Virus record (IMG/VR): IMGVR_UViG_3300031787_008607
Span: 1-64,000 of that record
From: an uncultured virus (IMG/VR IMGVR_UViG_3300031787_008607)
Lineage: Duplodnaviria; Heunggongvirae; Uroviricota; Caudoviricetes
Direction: 5' to 3' (one strand)
DNA length: 64,000 bases
The notes below the pieces were generated by a model that was not told where the DNA came from, searched no databases, and was given only the letters and a program-made list of their open reading frames with translations. Of this stretch, positions 50,954 to 60,809 are shown one piece after another. The translations under genes and the position numbers were made by a program. Position 1 is the first letter of the stretch; each line of letters starts with the position of its first letter.

Positions 50954-51256
50954 ATGAGACAGAAGATATATACCATTAAAGATTTTGACTTCAAACCCCA
51001 TGCTGTCATAGAAGGTGCAGTACAAGGATTACTTACACTCCCCAACAATATCACAGTATCTATTGTGGGTGGTGGTCTTCAATCTATTGTCGGTGGGATG
51101 AATAGATTACGTGGTGATGGAGTGGATACCTTTGAAGTAGCAGCTTGGTGGGGTGACCAAGGTGATTGGATTAAACTATCTGACTACGATGATGTGTTAT
51201 CATATGTTGATAAAGATAGACTACCAATCATACTACTTGATTTATCTAAGAAATAA
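50954..51256 (+). CDS. Hypothetical protein
   Basis: ORF; TACCTTTG upstream. Confidence 0.65.
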   Translation: MRQKIYTIKDFDFKPHAVIEGAVQGLLTLPNNITVSIVGGGLQSIVGGMNRLRGDGVDTFEVAAWWGDQGDWIKLSDYDDVLSYVDKDRLPIILLDLSKK

Positions 51257-51301
51257 TTTGTATATAAGAAACCTTTGAACTATATTTGTAGTCTATACAT
51301 T

Positions 51302-51490
51302 ATGAAGAAATACATACTACCCCTAATCATGTTAGTCGTTATACTAACATCTTGTTCTACCCCACAACATGGGTACAACTACAAGAAACATTCTAACACA
51401 CAACAGAAGATGTACAAACAAACTAAACGTGTGAACAAAGGGAAGAACCAACTACAACACCAATGTACTCCTAAGAAACACAGAAGATAA
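51302..51490 (+). CDS. Small putative lipoprotein
   Basis: MKKY...LTSC lipobox. Confidence 0.6.
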   Translation: MKKYILPLIMLVVILTSCSTPQHGYNYKKHSNTQQKMYKQTKRVNKGKNQLQHQCTPKKHRR

Positions 51491-51590
51491 TATGAAACGA
51501 TTTACCATCACACCCAATCAAGCAATCATCCTATACTGCCTACTAATGGTTACCATAGTAGCAGTGGTAAAAGGATGTGACCTAATGTAA

Positions 51591-51730
51591 AGGGGAGGGG
51601 ATACTTATTAAAAGTTATCAACACCCCCTACTACCCCCTCCTATACCCCTACCTATGGGGTACCCCCTCCCGTATCCCCCCTTATATAGGGGGTTTTTTG
51701 GGTCAGAAGGGGGGATAATCCCCTCGAAAA
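51591..51730. other. G/C-run-rich non-coding patch at an apparent strand-skew switch
   Basis: TACCCCC repeats, GGGG runs, palindromes CCCCCTTATATAGGGGG and GGGGTACCCC. Confidence 0.5.
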
Positions 51731-51847
51731 AATCCTGGAAAAATTTTTTAGAAAAGCGACCCTTTGTTTTAAAATGTTCCCTATATGTAAAAAATAAATT
51801 TTGGGAAATTTTTTGGAAAATTGGTATTTATATATAAAATATATACT

Positions 51848-52090
51848 ATGAAAAAGATTAGATTAACAGAAAAAGAATTAACCAATATAATTAAAAGGGT
51901 TATTAATGAAGAAAGAGATGAAGATTCATTTCATGATGATACTGAGTCAGTACATGTCCAAATTATGGATATTTTACAACCTGTTTATAAAACATACGGA
52001 ACGGAAGGTGTCGTAAGAGTTTTAACTGATATTATTGATACTATAGGTGATATTGGGGACGAAGCATTTATGGGTACTGAAGATTATTAA
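51848..52090 (+). CDS. LTE-leader hypothetical protein
   Basis: MKKIRLTEKEL. Confidence 0.7.
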   Translation: MKKIRLTEKELTNIIKRVINEERDEDSFHDDTESVHVQIMDILQPVYKTYGTEGVVRVLTDIIDTIGDIGDEAFMGTEDY

Positions 52091-52173
52091 CCTCTCCAAT
52101 GATAGTATTGTTGGACTGACCCTTCCTTTAACGGAGGGGTTTTTTATTTCATTTTTTTTCTTATTATTGATAT

Positions 52174-52422
52174 ATGGAAATGGAAGAAGAAAAATTATCA
52201 GTTACTGTGGATGTAACATTAAGGGACAATAAATTTTTTTATGACATAATGGCCAAGAAGGGTATGAATATTAATGATATTATATCTGTATTGTGTGGGG
52301 CTATTTCATTATCTATTCGTAGTAGGGAAACCCCTGAGTTACAGGGTCAGACTCTTAGGGATATCATTGGTCATTTGGAATCTGAGTTTATTAATGTGGA
52401 TTCATTTTCTGATGTTAAATAA
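52174..52422 (+). CDS. Hypothetical protein
   Basis: ORF. Confidence 0.6.
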   Translation: MEMEEEKLSVTVDVTLRDNKFFYDIMAKKGMNINDIISVLCGAISLSIRSRETPELQGQTLRDIIGHLESEFINVDSFSDVK

Positions 52423-52471
52423 TTTTTTGGTAAATTAGTATTATTGTTTTATCTTTGTAAAAAAAATATAT

Positions 52472-52975
52472 ATGGAACCTGAAGAAGAAAATATTGGTAT
52501 GATGAATATTTTAGGAGATAATTTTTTGTTAACAAGAGATTACGGTGAATATCGTGTAACTAATGGAGGAATAACTGTTAACCCGTATGTTGATAATGAT
52601 TATGGTATCCCTTCAACGTGCAACAGAATGTATAATAAGGATGGTGAATTTGTTTTTCCTGAGATGTTATTCAAGGTTCTTAAGAAGAGTTTACCTGGTA
52701 TTCATTCAATTACTGTTAATAAGATTGAAACTAAATATTCATATGCTTTTGTTGATAGTTTAGAATCCACCCCAACGTATTTGGTATATGTTGATGTTAG
52801 ATACAATTGGGATACAAGTGATGTATTATCTCCTGAGAAGTTGGGTGATAAAATCAACATGTCATTTCCTATGATATATACTGACGTTAAGTTTGTTAAG
52901 TTTCATGTAAACACCGTTAAGGTTGAGAGACGTGATTACGAGAAAGAGTTTATGAATATCTTTGGGAAAAAATAA
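52472..52975 (+). CDS. Hypothetical protein
   Basis: ORF. Confidence 0.65.
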   Translation: MEPEEENIGMMNILGDNFLLTRDYGEYRVTNGGITVNPYVDNDYGIPSTCNRMYNKDGEFVFPEMLFKVLKKSLPGIHSITVNKIETKYSYAFVDSLESTPTYLVYVDVRYNWDTSDVLSPEKLGDKINMSFPMIYTDVKFVKFHVNTVKVERRDYEKEFMNIFGKK

Positions 52976-52996
52976 TTTTTTTCTTATATTTGTATT

Positions 52997-53458
52997 ATGA
53001 AACTTACAAATAAACAATTGGTTAAGGTTGAGGAGACATTGAAGGATTTTCTTTGTCTTGTTCCGAGGTATTTGGAAGTTAAGGATAATGATGTATTATA
53101 TGATATGTTTTTATCTAGGAACCGCAACCCTTTGTTTGATTTAACTAACACTAAGTTTTGGCATACGGGTTTATCATCTAATGGAGTTAAGGGTGGTGGT
53201 AAGATTGTTCATGACCACTATGTTCCGAGAAAGATTGCCATGGGATATATCATGGATGAGTTAAGTAAGAATCCTACTATTGGTGTTGATGATTTTGTTT
53301 TATTATGTAAGAAATATGCGTCCACCATTTCTTTGACTGACAAGGAACATTCATTGGTTACTCTTAGAGCTAAGAACACGGGTAAGTGTAACTACGAGTT
53401 TTATTCTGAGTGTGGGATTATCATTGAGGGATTGGATGAACTTGTTGGTAAATTATAA
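52997..53458 (+). CDS. Hypothetical protein (HDHYVP motif, possibly HNH-like)
   Basis: ORF; TATATTTG upstream. Confidence 0.6.
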   Translation: MKLTNKQLVKVEETLKDFLCLVPRYLEVKDNDVLYDMFLSRNRNPLFDLTNTKFWHTGLSSNGVKGGGKIVHDHYVPRKIAMGYIMDELSKNPTIGVDDFVLLCKKYASTISLTDKEHSLVTLRAKNTGKCNYEFYSECGIIIEGLDELVGKL

Positions 53459-53463
53459 AAATA

Positions 53464-53510
53464 TTTTTTTTCCGTTGTTCCAATCCCCCCTACCCCCCTT
53501 TTTTATTTTG
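53464..53510. repeat. Intergenic ~45-bp repeat, copy 1 (others at ~54460-54500 and ~55300-55337)
   Basis: TTTTTTCCGTTGTTCCAATCCCCCCTACCCCCCTTTTT. Confidence 0.8.
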
Positions 53511-53545
53511 TATCTTTAGTTTATATTTATTTAAAAATCAAGTAT

Positions 53546-54121
53546 ATGGATATTAGAAAATTTATTGATAAAGTTAAGAACTTTGATTCGTCAAAAAAGA
53601 CTTACGAGCAGATTGGTGCGAGTAGTTTAATGGAAGGATTAAAATTAAATGGGTTTTCTATTAATATAGACAACGACCCTGATGCTCAAACATTTTATAT
53701 ACAACCAAATGTTGAATCTGAACTTACTGAAGAAATTGATTTTGAGTTTGAAGATAAAGGTGGGGTAATTGTTTTTTCTGTTAATGTTAATGCTGTTGAA
53801 TTATCTAAAAACAAGTTGGTTCGTTTTATTAAAAACAAACTTGAAACCGCAACAAATATTTTGTTTAAATCAAGTAAAATAAATAAGGTGATTAAAAACA
53901 ACCCTGAAATATTTGGTGTGACCATTGGAAATTTTGTTAAGGGTCGATATAAAGCCAAAGATGGTTCGTTGTATGATGAGAGTTCATTATCTGTTGAAAT
54001 CGTTGGAATTACTTCTGACGTATTAAATAAGGTTGCTGAAGAACTTGCTCAAGAATTTAAACAAGAGACTGTCTTGGTTAAGAATTACGATGAAAATAAA
54101 ATCTATTTGGTTAAACCTTAA
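53546..54121 (+). CDS. Hypothetical protein
   Basis: ORF; AEELAQEFKQETVLV motif. Confidence 0.7.
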   Translation: MDIRKFIDKVKNFDSSKKTYEQIGASSLMEGLKLNGFSINIDNDPDAQTFYIQPNVESELTEEIDFEFEDKGGVIVFSVNVNAVELSKNKLVRFIKNKLETATNILFKSSKINKVIKNNPEIFGVTIGNFVKGRYKAKDGSLYDESSLSVEIVGITSDVLNKVAEELAQEFKQETVLVKNYDENKIYLVKP

Positions 54122-54156
54122 TTTCCCCTTTTTTATTTCTGTTATATTTATTACAT

Positions 54157-54459
54157 ATGAAAAAGATAATTAGACTTACAGAATCAGATTTGACTCGTAT
54201 AATTAAACGAGTTATTGCGGAGCAAACATATCCGAAACAGAAGATGGATGCTCTTAAAGAAAGAATAAAAAGATATTACAACTCTGAAGATGTTAGTCGA
54301 TTGTCAATACATGGTAACGAAATGTTAAATACATATAATTTAGAACCAAATATGTTCTGGACCGCCTTTGATGAATATTTTGAATCGACAAGAAATAATC
54401 CCCCGACAAAGGTTTTTATTAATAACGTTGAAGTTAAACGTACAGACAAGAAAAAATAA
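54157..54459 (+). CDS. LTESDL-leader protein
   Basis: Leader. Confidence 0.75.
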   Translation: MKKIIRLTESDLTRIIKRVIAEQTYPKQKMDALKERIKRYYNSEDVSRLSIHGNEMLNTYNLEPNMFWTAFDEYFESTRNNPPTKVFINNVEVKRTDKKK

Positions 54460-54532
54460 TTTTTTTTCCGTTGTCCCAATTCCCCCCTACCCCCTTTTTT
54501 GTTTTGGGGTGTATTTATTATAAAATATTAAT

Positions 54533-54913
54533 ATGAAAAAAGTTATAACATTAACTGAATCAGATTTGGTTAAAATAGTTAAAAGAGTTGTTAAGGAAAA
54601 TAGACATGAAGAAAAGGATATTTTCATATCTGCTGGATTTAAGGGTGTTAGAAATAAAGTTGGTGAAACATCTTCACCACAGAGTATTATTGAGTTATAC
54701 AATGAGTATGTTGAAGGAGGTACCCCGTTGGTGAAATATCTTGGACGTGATATTTTTTTGAATGTTAATGATGAGGAGGTTGATAAGTATACAGTTCTTG
54801 ACGATTTGAATTATGTTCTTCTTGGTAAAGAAGATGAGGAAGATGATGATAATCGTCAAAGCTTTAAGGAAACCGGCAGACATCTTGGATGGTTTAATCC
54901 CAAACGTTGGTGA
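54533..54913 (+). CDS. LTESDL-leader protein
   Basis: Leader. Confidence 0.75.
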   Translation: MKKVITLTESDLVKIVKRVVKENRHEEKDIFISAGFKGVRNKVGETSSPQSIIELYNEYVEGGTPLVKYLGRDIFLNVNDEEVDKYTVLDDLNYVLLGKEDEEDDDNRQSFKETGRHLGWFNPKRW

Positions 54914-54985
54914 TGTAAAACAATATTAAATTATACAACCCCTCCGATGTGAGGGGTTTTTTATTTTTAAGGTATTTATTGTAAT

Positions 54986-55297
54986 ATGAAATATATTATC
55001 ACCGAGTCTCAGAATTTACAAATGAGGAAAGTTAATTTCTTAAAGGATTATGTTGAGAACTTATTATCTGAATACGAATGGTTTAATGGTGATGTTGAGA
55101 TAAAAACAAAAAATTGGAAATTTAGAAATGAGACATATCCTGTATATCAAATTATACTAAATACAGGTGGTCGTAGTTATCATGCTTATGACGAGGGTTC
55201 AGATATTGAAGAAAAGATTGGAACCATGTTTACATTATTATTTCCTAAAGACAAAAACGGAGATTCTACTGCGGTGTGGGATGTTATTTTTGTATAA
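54986..55297 (+). CDS. MKYIITES-leader protein
   Basis: Leader. Confidence 0.75.
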   Translation: MKYIITESQNLQMRKVNFLKDYVENLLSEYEWFNGDVEIKTKNWKFRNETYPVYQIILNTGGRSYHAYDEGSDIEEKIGTMFTLLFPKDKNGDSTAVWDVIFV

Positions 55298-55367
55298 AAT
55301 TTTTTCCCGTTGTTCCAATCCCCCTACCCCCTTTTTAATTTTGTGGTATTTATAATAAAATATTATT

Positions 55368-55739
55368 ATGAAAAAAGTTATAAGATTAACCGAGTCTGAT
55401 TTGGTTAAAATAGTTAAGAAAGTCATCAAAGAAAATGATAGTTGGGAAGATAAGATAAAAGACACATTTTATAGTGGATTTAATTCTAAACCATCAGATA
55501 AAGATATTGAAACACAACCGGTGTTTAACGCTATGGAACCGTATCTTAAAGCGGGTTGTATTACATATAAGTATTTAGCAGATTATTTGGTATTTGATGT
55601 TGGGGCTCCATTAGATTTTGAAGATTGTGGATTTTCAAGAAGTGAGGCAAACAAAGCTAAAGATAAATTAAGAAAACATGGTTTTAATAGTTGGGGTGTA
55701 GGTCAATATGCGAAAAAAGTTAGAACAAGCGAATTTTAA
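55368..55739 (+). CDS. LTESDL-leader protein (paralog of next gene)
   Basis: Shared DVGAPLDF...GVGQ domain. Confidence 0.75.
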   Translation: MKKVIRLTESDLVKIVKKVIKENDSWEDKIKDTFYSGFNSKPSDKDIETQPVFNAMEPYLKAGCITYKYLADYLVFDVGAPLDFEDCGFSRSEANKAKDKLRKHGFNSWGVGQYAKKVRTSEF

Positions 55740-55744
55740 TTAAT

Positions 55745-56128
55745 ATGAAAAAAATTGTAAGATTAACTGAATCTGATTTAACAAGATTGATTAAAAGGGT
55801 TGTTAAATTATCAGAAGCTGAAAAAAAACGTCCAGCCAAACGTATTGTCCCCAAAAATAACCCAACACCTAATGATGACGTTGATTCTAATAATAAAACC
55901 ATATCTAATAATTTTTATGACGAAATCCGTAATTATTTAAGACAATATATTGATACTGATTGTGTTAAATTTGGTATTACTAGTAGATACGTTATAGTTG
56001 ATGTGGGGGCACCTTTAGATTTTGCCGATGCTGGTTTTGAAAGAGAAGATGCGGTTAGAGTTAAAAACAAATTAAGAAGTAAAGGTTTTCGTAGTGTAGG
56101 TGTTGGTCAATTTATAAAAGAAATATAA
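55745..56128 (+). CDS. LTESDL-leader protein (paralog of previous gene)
   Basis: Shared DVGAPLDF...GVGQ domain. Confidence 0.75.
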   Translation: MKKIVRLTESDLTRLIKRVVKLSEAEKKRPAKRIVPKNNPTPNDDVDSNNKTISNNFYDEIRNYLRQYIDTDCVKFGITSRYVIVDVGAPLDFADAGFEREDAVRVKNKLRSKGFRSVGVGQFIKEI

Positions 56129-56180
56129 TTTTTTTTATTTCTCACATTTCCAATACCCCATTTTTCGTTATATTTGGTTT

Positions 56181-57020
56181 ATGGGTCATAGATTGGATGA
56201 ATTAAAAGTTTGTTATGTATGTAAGGAAAGCAAACCTAGGTCAGAATATTATTTTGCTAAAAATAAAGTGTCTTCTAAATGTAAAGAATGTGCTAAAAAA
56301 TCTAGGGTTGAGATTAGAAAGAACCGAAAGTCACTTGAAATACATTATAAAATTTTATTGTCATTAAAATCTCGACTAAAAAATGAATTTAAAAGACGTG
56401 GTTATTCTAAACCTGAAGGAAAAACTTACGAAGATATTATTGGATGTGATGCCATTATGTTAAAAGAACATTTGGAGAAACAATTTGTTGATGGTATGTC
56501 GTGGGATAATTATGGTGATTGGGAAGTTGACCATATATTTCCTTTAAGTAAATCTGAAAATCAAGAGAGTTATGAAAAAAACTCTCATTATACTAATATC
56601 CGACCTCTTTTTACTATTGCTAACAGGTGTAAAAGTGATAAATTGGATTACGATAAAGCGCCACTGTTTAAATATAAACAAAGTATTGGTTCAATACTTT
56701 CATATTCTTTATCAGGATTCCCTGAATATAGAAGTAAATTTTCTCCTGAAGAAATTCTTGGAATTGATTATAGTAGCGGATTAAAGTATTTTGAAAGTTT
56801 ATTCAAGGAGGGTATGTCATGGGACAATCGTAGTGAATGGTGTTTTGACCATATTGTTCCCATTAGTTGTGGAAATACATTTGAAGAAAAAATATATTTA
56901 AATCATCACACTAATCTGCAACCTTTGTGGAAAGATGAAAATGCTAGTAAATCAAATAAAATTAACGAATCAAATATTGATAGATATAATAAATTTTTAA
57001 AAGAAATGAGAGGAGTATAA
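56181..57020 (+). CDS. Zn-finger plus tandem HNH-like endonuclease
   Basis: CYVC/CKEC; two GMSWDN..W..DHI.P...HYTN..PL modules. Confidence 0.8.
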   Translation: MGHRLDELKVCYVCKESKPRSEYYFAKNKVSSKCKECAKKSRVEIRKNRKSLEIHYKILLSLKSRLKNEFKRRGYSKPEGKTYEDIIGCDAIMLKEHLEKQFVDGMSWDNYGDWEVDHIFPLSKSENQESYEKNSHYTNIRPLFTIANRCKSDKLDYDKAPLFKYKQSIGSILSYSLSGFPEYRSKFSPEEILGIDYSSGLKYFESLFKEGMSWDNRSEWCFDHIVPISCGNTFEEKIYLNHHTNLQPLWKDENASKSNKINESNIDRYNKFLKEMRGV

Positions 57021-57025
57021 AAAAT

Positions 57026-57562
57026 ATGGAACGTATTTGTAATTGTTGTAATATTAGTAAGCCCGTTTCCGATTTTAGAGATAACCGAAAGAAGTGTAAA
57101 CTATGTGATAACAAACGTAGGTATATTCAAAAGATGGAACGTAGAAAGAATGACCCTGAATATCATAAGGAGTTGAATGCGTATGATGTTAAGAGAAAAC
57201 GTAGACGAGAAAAAGAAAATCCTATTCATGGTACAACTCAGAGTTTAAGGTCTTTAGTTAGAAGTATTAACAGTAAAAGAGGTTATAAAAAAAATAGTTT
57301 TTTGTCCGAATATCTTGGTATTTCCGTTGAATTGTTTATACCTTATATTGAATCAAGATTTTTAGAAGGTATGACTTGGGGTAATCGTGGTGAATGGGAA
57401 TATGACCATATTATTCCAGTATCTTTGTATAAATCTGAAGAATGGGTTAAAAAATCATGTTATTATAAAAACTTGAGACCTTTATGGAAAGATGATAATC
57501 GAACAAAGGGAAATAATATATTTCCTTTACGGGTATCCAACTTCCACCGTTTTTTACTTTGA
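57026..57562 (+). CDS. Zn-finger HNH-like endonuclease
   Basis: CNCC/CKLC; GMTWGNRGEWEYDHIIP...NLRPLW..DN..K. Confidence 0.8.
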   Translation: MERICNCCNISKPVSDFRDNRKKCKLCDNKRRYIQKMERRKNDPEYHKELNAYDVKRKRRREKENPIHGTTQSLRSLVRSINSKRGYKKNSFLSEYLGISVELFIPYIESRFLEGMTWGNRGEWEYDHIIPVSLYKSEEWVKKSCYYKNLRPLWKDDNRTKGNNIFPLRVSNFHRFLL

Positions 57563-57577
57563 GGTATTTATTGTAAT

Positions 57578-57886
57578 ATGAAATATATTATCACCGAGAG
57601 TAAGTTAAATGAGGTTATTAAGAAGTACATGGACGCCACCTATGGTGATGTTGAAATGGCTGTTGATGAGGATGGGTATATTCATTTCTTTAGTAGGAAA
57701 GATATTGATAGTGATGGTCACCCTGTAAGAATTGCCCACAGAAATCTTAATGGAACATTATGGATTGATTATTCTTTTTTTGAAAAGATGCGTGTTTTAT
57801 TTGGAAATTCGGTAGGTGAAGGTATTGAGAAATATTATACGGATAAGTTTGGAATAGAGATTAAGAGAATTAACATGCAGTTTTAG
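57578..57886 (+). CDS. MKYIITES-leader family protein
   Basis: Leader. Confidence 0.75.
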   Translation: MKYIITESKLNEVIKKYMDATYGDVEMAVDEDGYIHFFSRKDIDSDGHPVRIAHRNLNGTLWIDYSFFEKMRVLFGNSVGEGIEKYYTDKFGIEIKRINMQF

Positions 57887-57919
57887 TGTTTTATCAAAAA
57901 CTTTTTGTATATTTGTTCT

Positions 57920-58420
57920 ATGGATTTATCTAATTACACAATAGAACAACTTGTTGAATTAAAAGACAAGATTAATAGTCAAATTTATTCTTTTGAAGAT
58001 GGATATTTTTATATCTGTAAAATTAATTCCTATGGAAGAAGTTGGGAAGAAAAAGGTATAACAAACCCATATACTCTTCAAGAGTTATGTAATCAGTATG
58101 ATGGTGATGAGGGTATTCTTAATGTTTATACAAACAACCCTGATTTGAATATTTATAACTACGGTGACGTTAAATTCTTTCCTACACGTGAGGACTACGA
58201 GAAGTGGTACAAATATTCATATGTAAAACGACAAATCCCTAATATAGAAAAAGAATTGGAGGAATGGGAAAACCGAGATAACGTTCCATTTAGTCGTCGT
58301 CCATTATTTGCTCCCATCTATTCTGTTGAAACTATTGAGGAGTATAAGAAAGAAATGTCCGAACTTGAGGGGACATTTGTGGAACCTGTTAATCTTGGTA
58401 GATATCTTGACGAGGAATAG
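57920..58420 (+). CDS. Hypothetical protein
   Basis: ORF; TATATTTG 4 nt before ATG. Confidence 0.7.
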   Translation: MDLSNYTIEQLVELKDKINSQIYSFEDGYFYICKINSYGRSWEEKGITNPYTLQELCNQYDGDEGILNVYTNNPDLNIYNYGDVKFFPTREDYEKWYKYSYVKRQIPNIEKELEEWENRDNVPFSRRPLFAPIYSVETIEEYKKEMSELEGTFVEPVNLGRYLDEE

Positions 58421-58484
58421 GAGTAATTTTTAAACCCCCATTCATCTGAGTGGGGTTTTTTGTTTTATAATGTATTTATCTTAT

Positions 58485-58994
58485 ATGTCTGATAATTTTT
58501 CACAAAAAGTAATTGGTTTAATTGATAAAGGGGTTTCTGTTATGGAAATCTCCAAGTTTTTTGGTGGGTTAGAACAATTCATTCAAAAAGTTTCCCAATA
58601 TCCATATCTAAAAGCATTGGTTGATTCAAAGTTAGGGGGTAGTATTGAGTTCTATCTTGACGATTTGTCTAAAAGGTACCGACTTCCTGTTCAAATTACA
58701 GATGTTGAAGAGGCGGACGACTACTTTGGAGAAATGTATGACGTTTATGTTGATGTGATAATACCAGAAGTCACCGATGAAAATGATATATCAATATTGT
58801 ACAATTATTTAAAAATGTATGAAGATGATACTGCGGATGAATGGGCATTATTGAGTGATAAAAAACTTAATTCAGGTATGACGATGGTGCATATATTATC
58901 AATCAATGGTATTAATTGGAGAGATATGAACCAATTGATTAATACAACAGAAGAAGACGTTGATAGAATAATTCCTGACGAATACGAAATATAA
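58485..58994 (+). CDS. Hypothetical protein
   Basis: ORF; TATTTAT upstream. Confidence 0.65.
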   Translation: MSDNFSQKVIGLIDKGVSVMEISKFFGGLEQFIQKVSQYPYLKALVDSKLGGSIEFYLDDLSKRYRLPVQITDVEEADDYFGEMYDVYVDVIIPEVTDENDISILYNYLKMYEDDTADEWALLSDKKLNSGMTMVHILSINGINWRDMNQLINTTEEDVDRIIPDEYEI

Positions 58995-58997
58995 TAC

Positions 58998-59702
58998 ATG
59001 AGTAATTTACGTCCCAAATACAAGGCGTTTTCTAAAGTAATGTCCGTTTATTTTAAATCGAAAGAGATTCACGGATTAATAATTTATCATGATGATGAAT
59101 ATACTGGAGTTTATTTGGATAATGAACTAGTTAAGGTTCCAATCTTAAAGATAAAAAATCCAAATAACATTCCGTTTTCATACAATGCACTCAGCTCTTT
59201 ACTTGATGATGAATTAGATACTGTTGGAAATTTTGCCAATGTATCAATTAAATCATATCAACGTCCATCACTTATAGTATTAAATGATTTCAATAAAGGA
59301 GAGTTTTATATTCCTAAAGAAAATGAAAAAAAATTAAGGAAATGTTTAAATACAGATACCGTTGAGATAAAATACAGAGATAATAACAGCATAATATATA
59401 CAATATATGGAAAATATATTATTGATGATAACTTTGAAATGTATTGGGAAAGTAGTGAATCTTTTAGAATAGACATCACTTTTAAAATTGAAAAAATATT
59501 TGTTGATGACCTTGTTAGAAAGGTTCATCATTTTATGGAAAATTATGATGATATGGTTCATTTGGTTTATGACATAAAGTATGATAATGATGAATTGTTT
59601 GAAAACCCTGTATGGGATTGTATTATAGAAAATTTGAGTCAATATAAAACAATGATAGACAGAAACTGGCAATATGTTGATGTGAATATTATTGTATCTT
59701 AA
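58998..59702 (+). CDS. Hypothetical protein
   Basis: ORF. Confidence 0.65.
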   Translation: MSNLRPKYKAFSKVMSVYFKSKEIHGLIIYHDDEYTGVYLDNELVKVPILKIKNPNNIPFSYNALSSLLDDELDTVGNFANVSIKSYQRPSLIVLNDFNKGEFYIPKENEKKLRKCLNTDTVEIKYRDNNSIIYTIYGKYIIDDNFEMYWESSESFRIDITFKIEKIFVDDLVRKVHHFMENYDDMVHLVYDIKYDNDELFENPVWDCIIENLSQYKTMIDRNWQYVDVNIIVS

Positions 59703-59723
59703 TATATTTATAAATAAAAAACT

Positions 59724-60182
59724 ATGAAACATTTATTAAACGATTTATCGGAAGAAGTAAAAAACTCAATTCGTGAACAACACGAAGGTGGTAAAAAAAT
59801 TGTTATTGAAAATTTTAAAAAATTGATTGAAACAAAATCAGGTGATGTTAAACCATATATTACAGAATCAACTCTTGATAAAAAAAGTTTTGAAGCTAAG
59901 ATGGAAACCGCTCCTGAAGATAATATTGATAACGCAATTAATTCTTTAGTTGGTAAAGATAAAGATGAAGTTAAAGCTTACTTTTTGGAATTGAAACAAA
60001 CCAATCCTAAATGGTTAAAAAAATTACTTAAAAAAGTAAAAAGAAGTTTAAAACAACAAGCTAATGAATTTAAAAAAGACATACCAAAGTTTTTAACTGC
60101 TATTGGAGTTCAAACTTTGGCATATATGATTTTTAAAGATAAAGTGGATAATTTTGTCGAAGACAATACTAACTTGAAGTAA
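59724..60182 (+). CDS. Hypothetical protein with leader-like N-terminus
   Basis: MKHLLNDLSEEVKNSIREQH; TATTTAT upstream. Confidence 0.7.
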   Translation: MKHLLNDLSEEVKNSIREQHEGGKKIVIENFKKLIETKSGDVKPYITESTLDKKSFEAKMETAPEDNIDNAINSLVGKDKDEVKAYFLELKQTNPKWLKKLLKKVKRSLKQQANEFKKDIPKFLTAIGVQTLAYMIFKDKVDNFVEDNTNLK

Positions 60183-60234
60183 TCAAAACCCCACCACAAG
60201 TGGGGTTTTTTATTTTCATTTGTATTTATAATAT

Positions 60235-60582
60235 ATGAAATATATCATAGACCAAAAACAATTAGAAAAAACAAAAAATTTAATTCAGGGATTGATAAAT
60301 TCTAAATTAGATAGTTTAAGGGAAGAATCTGAAGAATGGGGAATGGGTGAGATGGATGAATTACACGAAGTTCAATCTATTGATAAGATTAAAATTAATT
60401 ATATCACACTATCAGATAAAATAAAAGTTTACGTTGATATCTACAAGTCACAAAATAGAAGTGATTTTGATAATATCAGGGCGGAAATTCAATATAGGAT
60501 AGAAGATTTGTTACCCAATATTGAATTATATATAAACGATATTATTGATGAAAGGGAATTTGGGCCTGGAATTGATTGGTAA
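60235..60582 (+). CDS. MKYII-leader protein
   Basis: ORF; TATTTAT upstream. Confidence 0.7.
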   Translation: MKYIIDQKQLEKTKNLIQGLINSKLDSLREESEEWGMGEMDELHEVQSIDKIKINYITLSDKIKVYVDIYKSQNRSDFDNIRAEIQYRIEDLLPNIELYINDIIDEREFGPGIDW

Positions 60583-60620
60583 TCCATTTATTTTTTTAAA
60601 TTTATTTTTATTTTTATTTT

Positions 60621-60809
60621 ATGACACAAGAACAAAAATCACAATTGTATAGTAATTTATTATCACAACACACTCGTTTGGATAATAAAATTAATGAAAT
60701 TAAATCTGAGGATTTTGAATTAAATAATGAACAAATGGGTAGAATTAGAGTACTTCAGATGCAACAGGGACAATTGGTTGCTCAGATGCAACAATTGATG
60801 AATGGATAA
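60621..60809 (+). CDS. Small coiled-coil hypothetical protein
   Basis: ORF. Confidence 0.6.
   Translation: MTQEQKSQLYSNLLSQHTRLDNKINEIKSEDFELNNEQMGRIRVLQMQQGQLVAQMQQLMNG

Noticed and set aside
51655..51837. 60-aa ORF over the G/C-run patch
   Set aside because: Low-complexity composition unlike neighbouring genes; probably non-coding.
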